28,793 nt of DNA from Candidatus Albibeggiatoa psychrophila (GTDB lineage: Bacteria > Pseudomonadota > Gammaproteobacteria > Beggiatoales > Beggiatoaceae): assembly GCA_035829175.2 (NCBI GenBank), contig JAYQWJ020000481.1, positions 1 to 28,793 of the forward strand, in the 5' to 3' direction. Positions 19,136 through 27,568 of this stretch are shown one piece after another (the first letter of the stretch is position 1; each line of letters starts with the position of its first letter). Made by a program: the position numbers and the translations under genes. The notes beneath the pieces were generated by a model. It saw only the letters and a program-made list of their open reading frames with translations. It did no database searches and was not told the DNA's origin.

Positions 19136-20302
19136 ATGATAAGACCCCTAGCTCCATACGCTGCACATCAAGAAACATCTTATGGACGGTTACGAGATGA
19201 ACTACCTCCTTCTGCCTACCGTAGCGAATATCAACGCGACCGTGACCGTATCATACATGCGACCGCTTTTCGGCGTTTAGAGTATAAAACTCAAGTTTTC
19301 GTGAATCATGAAGGTGATTTATTCCGCACTCGTTTGACACATTCATTGGAAGTGGCTCAAATCAGCCGTACTGTTGCCAGAGCATTGCAGTTAAACGAAG
19401 ACCTAACCGAAGCCATTGCTTTGGCTCATGATTTAGGACACACCCCGTTTGGTCATGCGGGTCAAGATGCCTTAAATGAATGTATGCAGAATTATGGTGG
19501 TTTTGAGCACAATTTACAGTCACTGCGGATTGTCGATGAATTAGAAGAAAAATATCCAGAATTTCGAGGTTTAAATCTCACATTTGAAACCCGTGAAGGT
19601 ATTATTAAACACTGTACTCCGAAACAAGCAAAAACCTTGGGACAAGTTGCAGCCCGCTTTTTAAATGATCCTAAACATCAAACCAGCTTAGAAGGTCAAA
19701 TCAGCCATTTATGTGATGAAGTGGCGTATAACAACCATGATATTGATGATGGATTGCGAGCGCGTTTAATCACGATTCGTCAGTTGCGAGAGTTTGAATT
19801 ATTTGAACAACATTATACCAGTGTGATGCGTAGCTATAGTAATTTGTTGCAACGTCAGGTTATTAACGAAACTATTCGGCGGATGATCAATGAACAAGTA
19901 TTAAATGTTATTGAAACCAGTCATGCGCAAATTGATGCGTTGCAGCCTAAAAATGTTGATGCGGTGCGAATGGCAGAAGAACCGATGGTGACATTTAGTG
20001 CTCACATGTACAACATGCACATGGATTTAAAACAGTTTTTATTTTCGCATTTATATCATCATTTCCGTGTTGACCGTATGAATTTTAAAGCAAAACGGGT
20101 CATTCGAGAATTATTTGAAGCCTTTATCGGCGAGCCGCGATTATTGCCATTAGAAGCGCAGGTAGAAGTCAATCGACTACAAGCACAATTAGGTATTGAA
20201 GTGGGTAAAGCACGCGCTATTTCTGATTACATTGCAGCGATGACAGATAGATTTGCCATTGCAGAACATGAGCGGTTATTTGATCCCAGTACTTTGCCTT
20301 AA
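19136..20302 (+). CDS. dgt: Deoxyguanosinetriphosphate triphosphohydrolase (HD-domain dGTPase)
   Basis: RSEYQRDRDRIIHATAFRRLEYKTQVF, RTRLTHSLEV, ALAHDLGHTPFGH.G, FEHNLQSLR, GLNLTFETREGI, DEVAYNNHDIDDG, DYIAAMTDRFA. ATG 19136 follows GGAG; GTG 19130 is the ORF-track start. Confidence 0.93.
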   Translation: MIRPLAPYAAHQETSYGRLRDELPPSAYRSEYQRDRDRIIHATAFRRLEYKTQVFVNHEGDLFRTRLTHSLEVAQISRTVARALQLNEDLTEAIALAHDLGHTPFGHAGQDALNECMQNYGGFEHNLQSLRIVDELEEKYPEFRGLNLTFETREGIIKHCTPKQAKTLGQVAARFLNDPKHQTSLEGQISHLCDEVAYNNHDIDDGLRARLITIRQLREFELFEQHYTSVMRSYSNLLQRQVINETIRRMINEQVLNVIETSHAQIDALQPKNVDAVRMAEEPMVTFSAHMYNMHMDLKQFLFSHLYHHFRVDRMNFKAKRVIRELFEAFIGEPRLLPLEAQVEVNRLQAQLGIEVGKARAISDYIAAMTDRFAIAEHERLFDPSTLP

Positions 20303-20333
20303 CATCTGAGTGATTGTTGTTTGCATATTGGTT

Positions 20334-20366
20334 AGGATTGCTTGTCCTTGATAGATTGGCAATCCT
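20334..20366. repeat. Pair of REP-like palindromes between convergent dgt and kinase genes
   Basis: AGGAT-TGCTT-GTCCT (20334-20348) and TAGAT-TGGCA-ATCCT (20352-20366). The outer AGGATTGC/GCAATCCT is an 8-bp perfect inverted repeat. Confidence 0.6.
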
Positions 20367-20370
20367 GCAT

Positions 20371-22095
20371 TTAAGAAACTTTAGTATTTTTATTTAGTGG
20401 AAATTGCACACAAAAACGGCTACCTTCTCCCAATTCGCTTGTTACGCTAATATTGCCATCTAACATTTCAACAAATTCTTTAGTCAAAGTTAAACCCAAA
20501 CCCATACCACCATAAGTACGTGTTGGAGAACTATCCGCTTGATGAAAGGCTTTAAAAAGATTGGCTTGTTGCGCATCATTCATACCAATACCATTATCTT
20601 GAATATAAATATGTAGATAATTTTGTTTTTTATGTAACTCGGTATTTAATTTAATGTCAATATGTCCGCCATGAGTAAATTTAGCGGCATTATTCAGTAA
20701 GTTCAGCAGAATTTGACGTAATTTAACAACATCAGTGAAAATAGTTTTGATCGAAGTTTCATATTTTACTTCTAGCGTATTATTATTTTGCTGTACTAAT
20801 GGCTGCACTGTCGTCATCACTCCAGTAACCAATCGTTCTAAATTCGTTTGTTCAATATTCAGAGACATTTTACCCGTTTCAATTTTAGATATATCAAGCA
20901 CATCATCAATCAAACCTAACAATTGTTGTCCTGCAGTTAGTACATTATGTGAATATTCAGCAAACTCCTCATGACCCTCTTCTTTCGTATCTTCATATAA
21001 AATCTCGCTATAACCAATAATCGCATTTAACGGCGTGCGTAATTCATGGCTAATATTGGCTAAAAATTGATTTTTGGCCTGATTGGCTTGCTCAGCAACT
21101 TCTTTAGAATGTTTTAATGTGGCTTCAGCTTGTTTTTGCTTGGTAATATCGCGGAAGACAACGACACCGCCTAAAATTTCACCATGTCGTTCAGGGTCTA
21201 CTTGTTCAATCAGCGGGGTTGAAATATATTCAATAGGCAATAGCCTGCCGCTTGGGGTCAGAATATATTCATCATTGGCTCGATGCACAATACCTTGGCG
21301 CACGGCACTACAAATAGGGCAAGAAGCTTTATTATAAAAACTGCGATTTGAGTTGGCATGACTGGTTGCGGTTAAATAATGTTTACCAATTAAAAATTTT
21401 GCAGGGATTTCTAAAATTTCAGCAGCAGCAAGATTAATAAAAGTAATATAACCTTCTGAGCTTAATCCACAAATTCCATCACCAACAGATTCTAAAATTA
21501 ACTGATGTTGCCGACTCATTTTTTCCAATTCATCATGCGCCAACTTCACTTCTGCAACCCGTTTTTGAATTTCTAGCTCCATTGGAATAAATGCCATTTT
21601 AGTGAGCATAAAAGACAAAATCAAACCTAAAAAAATCATCGTAATAGAAAAGATAATTAATAATTGAGAATTGAGGCGATTAATAATAGTTTCAATAGGT
21701 TTCAAGTCATAGGTCACAACAAGCGTAATATCATTTTTGGGGGGGAACGTAATTTTTTTCTTGATAATAAAGTGGTTTTTCGCAACGAGGTCAGATCTAT
21801 AAGTAAAGAATTTAAAACCATTTTTACTGGTCGCGGTCATTTCTATAATATACGGACGTTTTTTTACCCAGTTTTGTAGAAATATATTAACATTAGAATA
21901 ATCTTTTATAAGAAAGGATTCTTGTACAAAACCACCAATTAAGTCCAGTTCTAAAGCGGCGTGATGTGTTTCATTGTTTAGCAGCAAATTACGTTGATGG
22001 GAAATAATAAAGCTGCCTGCAATAATAAAAAAGGCAAGCAAAATTAAACCTGAGAACATAAGTAAGTGAACATAACGTTTAGGGATACGCTTCAT
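20371..22095 (-). CDS. Membrane-bound PAS-domain sensor histidine kinase (no receiver domain)
   Basis: Two TM helices around a ~110-aa periplasmic region; PAS (ILESVGDGI...FINLAA...VVVFRDIT); H-box FLANISHELRTPLNAIIG; N-box LLNLLNNAAKFT; DNGIGM; GGMGLGL. Confidence 0.95.
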   Translation of the reverse strand: MKRIPKRYVHLLMFSGLILLAFFIIAGSFIISHQRNLLLNNETHHAALELDLIGGFVQESFLIKDYSNVNIFLQNWVKKRPYIIEMTATSKNGFKFFTYRSDLVAKNHFIIKKKITFPPKNDITLVVTYDLKPIETIINRLNSQLLIIFSITMIFLGLILSFMLTKMAFIPMELEIQKRVAEVKLAHDELEKMSRQHQLILESVGDGICGLSSEGYITFINLAAAEILEIPAKFLIGKHYLTATSHANSNRSFYNKASCPICSAVRQGIVHRANDEYILTPSGRLLPIEYISTPLIEQVDPERHGEILGGVVVFRDITKQKQAEATLKHSKEVAEQANQAKNQFLANISHELRTPLNAIIGYSEILYEDTKEEGHEEFAEYSHNVLTAGQQLLGLIDDVLDISKIETGKMSLNIEQTNLERLVTGVMTTVQPLVQQNNNTLEVKYETSIKTIFTDVVKLRQILLNLLNNAAKFTHGGHIDIKLNTELHKKQNYLHIYIQDNGIGMNDAQQANLFKAFHQADSSPTRTYGGMGLGLTLTKEFVEMLDGNISVTSELGEGSRFCVQFPLNKNTKVS

Positions 22096-22292
22096 TTTAT
22101 TTTTACTTTTTATTTTAGTTGGTTACAGTTTTTAGAATGTTGCAGTAGTGCATCATAGTTGCTATCTTGCCACAACAACTAGGACTTAAGTATTTTATCT
22201 GATTATCTTTGATGCTAATAGCCATTGTTTTTTAGCGTCTGACTTTTTAGCAAAATAATACATATTGCTGTTTTTTATCATAAAATAATTTA

Positions 22293-22573
22293 GACACTTT
22301 TTTAAAGTACATAATAAAATCAATGATTTAATAAACAATGATTCGGAAAGTTTTTAACTCATATAATAAAATCAATTGTTTACCAATGCTACAGAAAGTT
22401 TTGAATAAAAGCCAAGACACGAGCCGAAGAGAGGTCGAGCAAACTTTAAAAATCTAAGTCGCTACAGTCAATACTGTGGATAGCTCTTAGGAATTATTAA
22501 ATATTTCAATAAGTTACAAATATGAGCATTCTTTCGTAAGTTATTGATTTTATTATATACTTTAAAAAGTGTC
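22293..22573. mobile_element. MITE-like (or invertible) non-coding element with 37-38-bp terminal inverted repeats
   Basis: Left arm GACACTTTTTTAAAGTACATAATAAAATCAATGATTTA (22293-22330). Reverse complement of the right arm (22537-22573) is GACACTTTTTAAAGTATATAATAAAATCAATAACTTA: 3 substitutions plus 1 indel. No ORF inside and no target-site duplication evident. Confidence 0.6.
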
Positions 22574-22761
22574 CGAACCATTGATTTATGAGAGTTTACT
22601 AAAAGTCTTACACTAACGATTGGGACAATCAAAACAGAAGCACTTTTTCCTGTCCGTCCTCATAAAAAAACTTGATGGTCGAGTTACAAGATAGACTCAA
22701 ACAGTTTTGCTGTACTTAATAGCATGTTGAGTTTAAAAAAAGCGGGGAAATGGAATGCTTA

Positions 22762-22770
22762 TGGTATGAT
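22762..22770 (+). promoter_or_regulatory. Candidate extended -10 promoter for the DegT-sulfotransferase operon
   Basis: TG-G-TATGAT about 50 nt upstream of the GTG start; AGGA Shine-Dalgarno at 22808-22811. Confidence 0.4.
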
Positions 22771-22818
22771 AGTCGCTATATTTTCTACCCCCTTAATGCC
22801 ATTAAACAGGACTAGACT

Positions 22819-23982
22819 GTGAGCAGTAATGCGGATTTTTTAGTTTTCGGTGCGCCTGCCATTGAACAAGCAGAAATCGATGAAGTCGTCGCTACTTTGC
22901 ACTCTGGCTGGCTCGGGACAGGACCAAAAGTTGCTCGCTTTGAGCGCGAATTTGCCCAGTATAAAGGCATGCCATCCACCCATGCCGCCGCACTGAATTC
23001 CTGTACTGCGGCATTACATGTCAGCATGATTGCAGCCCATTTGCAACCGGGGGATGAGGTCATCACCACAGCAATGACCTTTTGTGCAACAGTTAACTCA
23101 ATTATTCATGCCAGATTAACCCCCGTGTTAGCCGATGTTGAAGCAGATACGTTTAATATCGATCCAAAAGCCATTGAAGCAGCCATTACGCCGCGCACCC
23201 GCGCCATTCTACTGGTACATTTTGCGGGACGTGCCTGTAATATGGATGCCATCATGGCAATTGCCAAAAAGCACGATTTGATTGTGATTGAAGATTGCGC
23301 CCATGCAATAGAAACTGAATATCATGGACACAAAGCAGGCACTTTTGGCGATTTTGGTTGCTTTAGCTTTTATGTCACTAAAAATGTAGTGACGGGTGAA
23401 GGCGGCATGGTGTTAGCCCGCGATGAAGAGGCGATTGGGCGAGTCAAAATGCTGGCATTACACGGCATGACAAAAGATGCTTGGCATCGCTTTGGTGATG
23501 AAGGCTTTAAACATTATCGCGTGGTGGAATGTGGATTTAAATACAACATGATGGATATTCAAGCTGCACTTGGCATTCATCAATTGGCAAGAGTCGAACA
23601 CAATTGGCAACGTCGCCAAGAAATTTGGCAAACCTATCAAACGGCGTTAATTGAATTGCCTATTACTCTACCTAAAGCACCTGAAACCGATACGCGCCAT
23701 GCTTATCATCTTTATACAATTTTGCTTGATGAACAACAAACAAACCTCAGTCGAGATGTTTTCTTAGATGCCATGACCGCGCATAAAATCGGTGTAGGCG
23801 TACATTATCTCAGCATCGCAGAACATCCGTTTTATCAAGAGACATTTGGTTGGCGACCTGAAGACTATCCAAATGCCATGAAAATTGGGCGGCAGACGGT
23901 GAGTTTGCCTTTGTCAGGACGCTTAAATGAAAATGACTTATCCAAGGTACTGCAATCGGTCAGAAATATTTTCGAGAAATAA
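22819..23982 (+). CDS. DegT/DnrJ/EryC1/StrS PLP-dependent nucleotide-sugar aminotransferase (ArnB-like)
   Basis: SGWLGTGPKV..FE, LNSCTAALH, VITTAMTFCAT, VHFAG, VIEDCAHA, CFSFYVTKN (PLP lysine) ..TGEGGM, GFKYNMMDIQAALG, SLPL. Confidence 0.95.
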   Translation: MSSNADFLVFGAPAIEQAEIDEVVATLHSGWLGTGPKVARFEREFAQYKGMPSTHAAALNSCTAALHVSMIAAHLQPGDEVITTAMTFCATVNSIIHARLTPVLADVEADTFNIDPKAIEAAITPRTRAILLVHFAGRACNMDAIMAIAKKHDLIVIEDCAHAIETEYHGHKAGTFGDFGCFSFYVTKNVVTGEGGMVLARDEEAIGRVKMLALHGMTKDAWHRFGDEGFKHYRVVECGFKYNMMDIQAALGIHQLARVEHNWQRRQEIWQTYQTALIELPITLPKAPETDTRHAYHLYTILLDEQQTNLSRDVFLDAMTAHKIGVGVHYLSIAEHPFYQETFGWRPEDYPNAMKIGRQTVSLPLSGRLNENDLSKVLQSVRNIFEK

Positions 23983-23984
23983 TA

Positions 23985-24938
23985 ATGAAAGCTATTAATT
24001 TAAAAATGTTATTGCAAAATATAAATTATTTGTTAGCTATTTTAGATAAACCCTTTGCAGCCAAAGCACATCCTGATGTACTCAATCCTTTATTTATTGT
24101 TGGCATACCGCGTTCTGGTACAACGCTAACTTATCAAGTCATCAGCCATACTTTCCAAACAGCCTATTTTCCACACCCTATGGATTACTGCTATGGTGCT
24201 TCTAATTTAATTCATCGTTCATTAAAACCTTGGCTAACTAGACCGAAAGCTAACTTTAAATCTAATTATGGTTATATTGATGGTTTTTTATCACCAACCG
24301 AAGACGCTCATTATTGGCAGCAATGGTTTAAAGAAAGGGAAGAACAGGGGCATTATATTGATCCATCAATTATAAACAAAGAAGAGTATATTAGCTTAAT
24401 TCAAAATTTATCTTCTTTAACTTATATTATGAAGAAGCCCTTTGTATTTAAAAGTCTATATTTAGGTATGGTAGTCGGTGTTTTAGCGCAAATTTTTCCA
24501 AATGCTTTATTTATTAAAGTCCATCGAGATATTTTACTAACTTATCAATCTATTTTAACAGGGCGATTTAAAAGAAAAAAACCAGAATTGTGGTGGTCTA
24601 TAAAACCTCCTAGATATTTGGAATGGAATAATTTATCTATACAACAGCAAATTATCAGACAAATATTTCATACTGAACGCATCATCTCTGATGATTTAGA
24701 GCGTTATGCTAAAGGGCGTTACTGTCAGATAAATTATGCGGATTTATGTGATGACCCAAAAGAATGCATGTTGACATTAAACCAATGGCTAAACGCTTTT
24801 GGACAATACGAAATGTACCCAGAAATAGATTTACCTGCTCAGTTTTCGATATCTAATCAATTAAGGCTTAGTGAAGAAGAACAGCAAGTATTTATGCTTG
24901 AATATAATCAATTGCAACAAAACTATGCAAAGAATTAA
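23985..24938 (+). CDS. PAPS-dependent sulfotransferase
   Basis: 5'-PSB loop PLFIVGIPRSGTTL, FVFKS, 3'-PB FIKVHRD..TYQS, INYADLCDDP. Confidence 0.88.
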   Translation: MKAINLKMLLQNINYLLAILDKPFAAKAHPDVLNPLFIVGIPRSGTTLTYQVISHTFQTAYFPHPMDYCYGASNLIHRSLKPWLTRPKANFKSNYGYIDGFLSPTEDAHYWQQWFKEREEQGHYIDPSIINKEEYISLIQNLSSLTYIMKKPFVFKSLYLGMVVGVLAQIFPNALFIKVHRDILLTYQSILTGRFKRKKPELWWSIKPPRYLEWNNLSIQQQIIRQIFHTERIISDDLERYAKGRYCQINYADLCDDPKECMLTLNQWLNAFGQYEMYPEIDLPAQFSISNQLRLSEEEQQVFMLEYNQLQQNYAKN

Positions 24939-25785
24939 AGTTGTATTGACTCAAATACTCCAATTTTGGCGTAAATTTAAGTATTGGTTTGGCTACGGAT
25001 TATTTATTAGTGTTATTATTTATAGCTTATCGAATGTACCTGATGAACTTTCTCAAATAAATTTAATTTGGCTACTCGCTAGTGTTCTTGTTATTGTTGT
25101 TATGTTTATGTTGCAATGGTGGCAAGTGACTATTTTTTTGAATTATCATAATATAAAAAATGTTGCAATCGACACGGCTTTGTTTAATGCAAGAAAAGGG
25201 ATATTAAATACGTTATTACCTGCTCGTTTGGGCACAATTGCACTGTTACACACTATTACAAATAAGTATGGCTTGAAATGGCATCAATTTGTCACTTTTA
25301 TGATTGTAGCCAGTGTTATTGCTATGCTTGTCAGTGTTTTAGCTGCGGCTTGGTTATTAAGCAGTAGTACTGTTTTTATAGTAATTCTATCAGTTTTTTT
25401 AGTCAGTCTTTTTTTTATTGAACAGAAAAAATGGTTTCCATACTCAGAATGTTTATTTGAATTATTTATTATTGCAGTTTGTCTCTATTTGGCTACAATA
25501 TTAGTTTTTTTTTGCTTATTAAGAGGATTGAACTATTCTTTAAGTTTTGAAGAAATATCCTATTTTGCAATTGTACTTAACCTACTTGCACAAATAGCAA
25601 TAACACCTGGAAATGTTGGTATTAGAGAGGTTGTTTTAGGCTTATTATCCACTCATGTTGCTTTGCCAATTTCAGTAGGTATTATTGCAAGCTCTTTATT
25701 ATTCATTCTTAGAATAATTGTCTATGGATTATTTTGGGGATGGACTGAATGGTATATTTTAAAAAAACGCAAAATCAAAAAGTAG
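24925..25785 (+). CDS. Lysylphosphatidylglycerol-synthase TM / UPF0104 (flippase-like) membrane protein
   Basis: About 7-8 hydrophobic helices; GILNTLLPARLG and ITPGNVGIRE motifs typical of LPG_synthase_TM/UPF0104. ATG 24925 overlaps the end of the sulfotransferase; the ORF track starts at 24871. Confidence 0.78.
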   Translation: MQRIKVVLTQILQFWRKFKYWFGYGLFISVIIYSLSNVPDELSQINLIWLLASVLVIVVMFMLQWWQVTIFLNYHNIKNVAIDTALFNARKGILNTLLPARLGTIALLHTITNKYGLKWHQFVTFMIVASVIAMLVSVLAAAWLLSSSTVFIVILSVFLVSLFFIEQKKWFPYSECLFELFIIAVCLYLATILVFFCLLRGLNYSLSFEEISYFAIVLNLLAQIAITPGNVGIREVVLGLLSTHVALPISVGIIASSLLFILRIIVYGLFWGWTEWYILKKRKIKK

Positions 25786-26737
25786 AAAATGAATTAGACA
25801 ATTTTTGTAATTTATCTTTTAGCCATAAAAGAAACTTAAAAAGTCGCGCATATATTATATTAAAATGCAATTCATAGATATACTTGGGTTGTGTTTCCCC
25901 CCCAAACTTCTCTTTATACCAAATTAGATTTTTTTGGTGTGAGGGAGAAGCTAACAAGTTAAACTTCTTCATGTTTTTCTCTTGCGCCCAATGAATTGCT
26001 GTAGATAGAAGAATATCTGAAACCCCATATTTATGAAAATTCCTATCTGAAGCCCCATGCAGATAAAAGCCAGTTTCTTTATCTAGTACAATGATGATAA
26101 AGCCAAGTAATTTTTCTTCCATATAAACACCTAGGCAGCGACAATTCTGTTTATATATAGATAGCCGTAGAGTTGCCTTAAAGTATGCTGCATTGTATCG
26201 TACTACCCCTTTATTTCTAATAACTGTTTCCTTATATATAGAAAACAAGCTTTTTGCTTTTTCATTTGTGAAGGCTATATCTTTTATTGCTATATTGTTT
26301 TTATGAAATCGCCGAATATTTTGACGTAATGATTTTTTTAATTGCCAATTAGGCAAATCATGAATACATGTTTCGAGTACTACTTGATATTTTAATTGAC
26401 CTAATGCTTGAGGCATAAGAGTATCTGTCTGTATTTTTAACAAGTGTACGGGTAAATTCATTTTTTTTATTTGAATCAATATGTCTTCTTTTAATAACTT
26501 ACCTTCTATATTTCTGCCAACAGGAAAACCTAGATACGCAATTCTAAACGGACCAATAATAAATACAGTAATGGTAAATGCAGACAGACCGTTTTTATCC
26601 CATAAATATAAAGTTTCCAATTTAAAACCTTGGTGTAAAACTTCTTGCCAAGCTTCTGTATGAAACAAACTATTATGTTCATTACAACGTATTTCCCAGT
26701 CATCAGGAGGGGTTGTGCTAAAAGTCCAATTGCTCAC
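25775..26737 (-). CDS. FemAB-like / Acetyltransf_6 tandem-GNAT acyl- or aminoacyl-transferase
   Basis: SLFHTEAW, SLRQNIRR, GFYLHGAS...GVSDILLSTAIHWAQE....FNL, LIWYKEKFGG typical of FemAB-fold GNATs in polysaccharide loci. GTG start; 3' end overlaps the + strand gene by 11 nt. Confidence 0.78.
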   Translation of the reverse strand: MSNWTFSTTPPDDWEIRCNEHNSLFHTEAWQEVLHQGFKLETLYLWDKNGLSAFTITVFIIGPFRIAYLGFPVGRNIEGKLLKEDILIQIKKMNLPVHLLKIQTDTLMPQALGQLKYQVVLETCIHDLPNWQLKKSLRQNIRRFHKNNIAIKDIAFTNEKAKSLFSIYKETVIRNKGVVRYNAAYFKATLRLSIYKQNCRCLGVYMEEKLLGFIIIVLDKETGFYLHGASDRNFHKYGVSDILLSTAIHWAQEKNMKKFNLLASPSHQKNLIWYKEKFGGETQPKYIYELHFNIIYARLFKFLLWLKDKLQKLSNSFSTF

Positions 26738-26809
26738 TATGTTCTATCCATGTTTTTAAAGAGAAAGTACTGCTAATTGATGCCGAGTGCGTAACATGAG
26801 TTACTTATA

Positions 26810-27544
26810 TTAATTTTGAGGTTTCTGAAGTACAAATACAAAACTTGGAGATAACCAAGTCAAGTAATGTAGAAATTTTTCAGGAATGAACGAAATAACA
26901 CGCCAAAATATAGTATTTTTCTGGTATTTTGTGGGGTTTTTTAGAATAAAAGGAACGGCATTGTAACATTTAAAATTTTCAAGCCATCGTTGCAATGTCC
27001 AATAGTTCTCAGAATAAGCATCTAAAATTGCTTTAGAACCCAATATACGCATTAATCTAACTGCAACGCGGCGCGGTAACCAATGAACAAAAGGCCAAAA
27101 TACATGGGGTTCAATAGGAAACAGTAAATTAGGTCCAGCAAAATAACAATAGCCACCAGGCTTCAAAATACGCTCAATTTCTGAAATGAGCTTTTGAGGA
27201 TTAGGAACATGCTCATATACCTGATTACAAATAACAACATCTGCACAAGCATCAGGACAAGAAAGTTTTTCTACTGATTCATTTATAAATGTTAAGTTTG
27301 TTTGTTGTTGAGCAAGTTCTTTCCATCTTTCCCAAGCTTCAGGATCAATGCCATATATAGATTTTACATGGGGAGCAATATGAATAGCAATAAGCCCACT
27401 GCCACATCCTAAGTCTATCCAATCCGATTCTTTAAAAGAAATATGAGTAAAGTGTTGCATTGTTATAAAAATAGCTTGTGCCTTTACTTCGCGTTGCTTA
27501 CTCCCCCAACGCGGATCAGAAGACTGTTTTACTTCACCAGACAT
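26810..27544 (-). CDS. Class I SAM-dependent methyltransferase
   Basis: WIDLGCGSG, YGIDP, ADVVICNQVYEHVPNP...EIERILKPGG...PN. Confidence 0.92.
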   Translation of the reverse strand: MSGEVKQSSDPRWGSKQREVKAQAIFITMQHFTHISFKESDWIDLGCGSGLIAIHIAPHVKSIYGIDPEAWERWKELAQQQTNLTFINESVEKLSCPDACADVVICNQVYEHVPNPQKLISEIERILKPGGYCYFAGPNLLFPIEPHVFWPFVHWLPRRVAVRLMRILGSKAILDAYSENYWTLQRWLENFKCYNAVPFILKNPTKYQKNTIFWRVISFIPEKFLHYLTWLSPSFVFVLQKPQN

Positions 27545-27568
27545 AACTTATATTTACCTTATATTGGA

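Noticed and set aside
19136-20302. dGTPase as an anti-phage nucleotide-depletion defence gene
   Set aside because: Length, motifs and composition fit the ordinary housekeeping dgt, and no defence genes or mobile context are adjacent. A phylogeny with validated defensive dGTPases would be needed to revisit this.
22311-22403. Repeated ~50-bp units as a degenerate CRISPR array
   Set aside because: Only two diverged units, no repeat-spacer periodicity and no cas genes; better explained as internal repeats of the inverted-repeat element.
25897-25903. Homopolymer tracts as phase-variation sites: C7 on + (G7 in the GNAT coding strand), G7 at 21739-21745 in the kinase, T9 at 25505-25513
   Set aside because: The tracts are short, all frames are intact, and such runs are expected in sequence of this composition.
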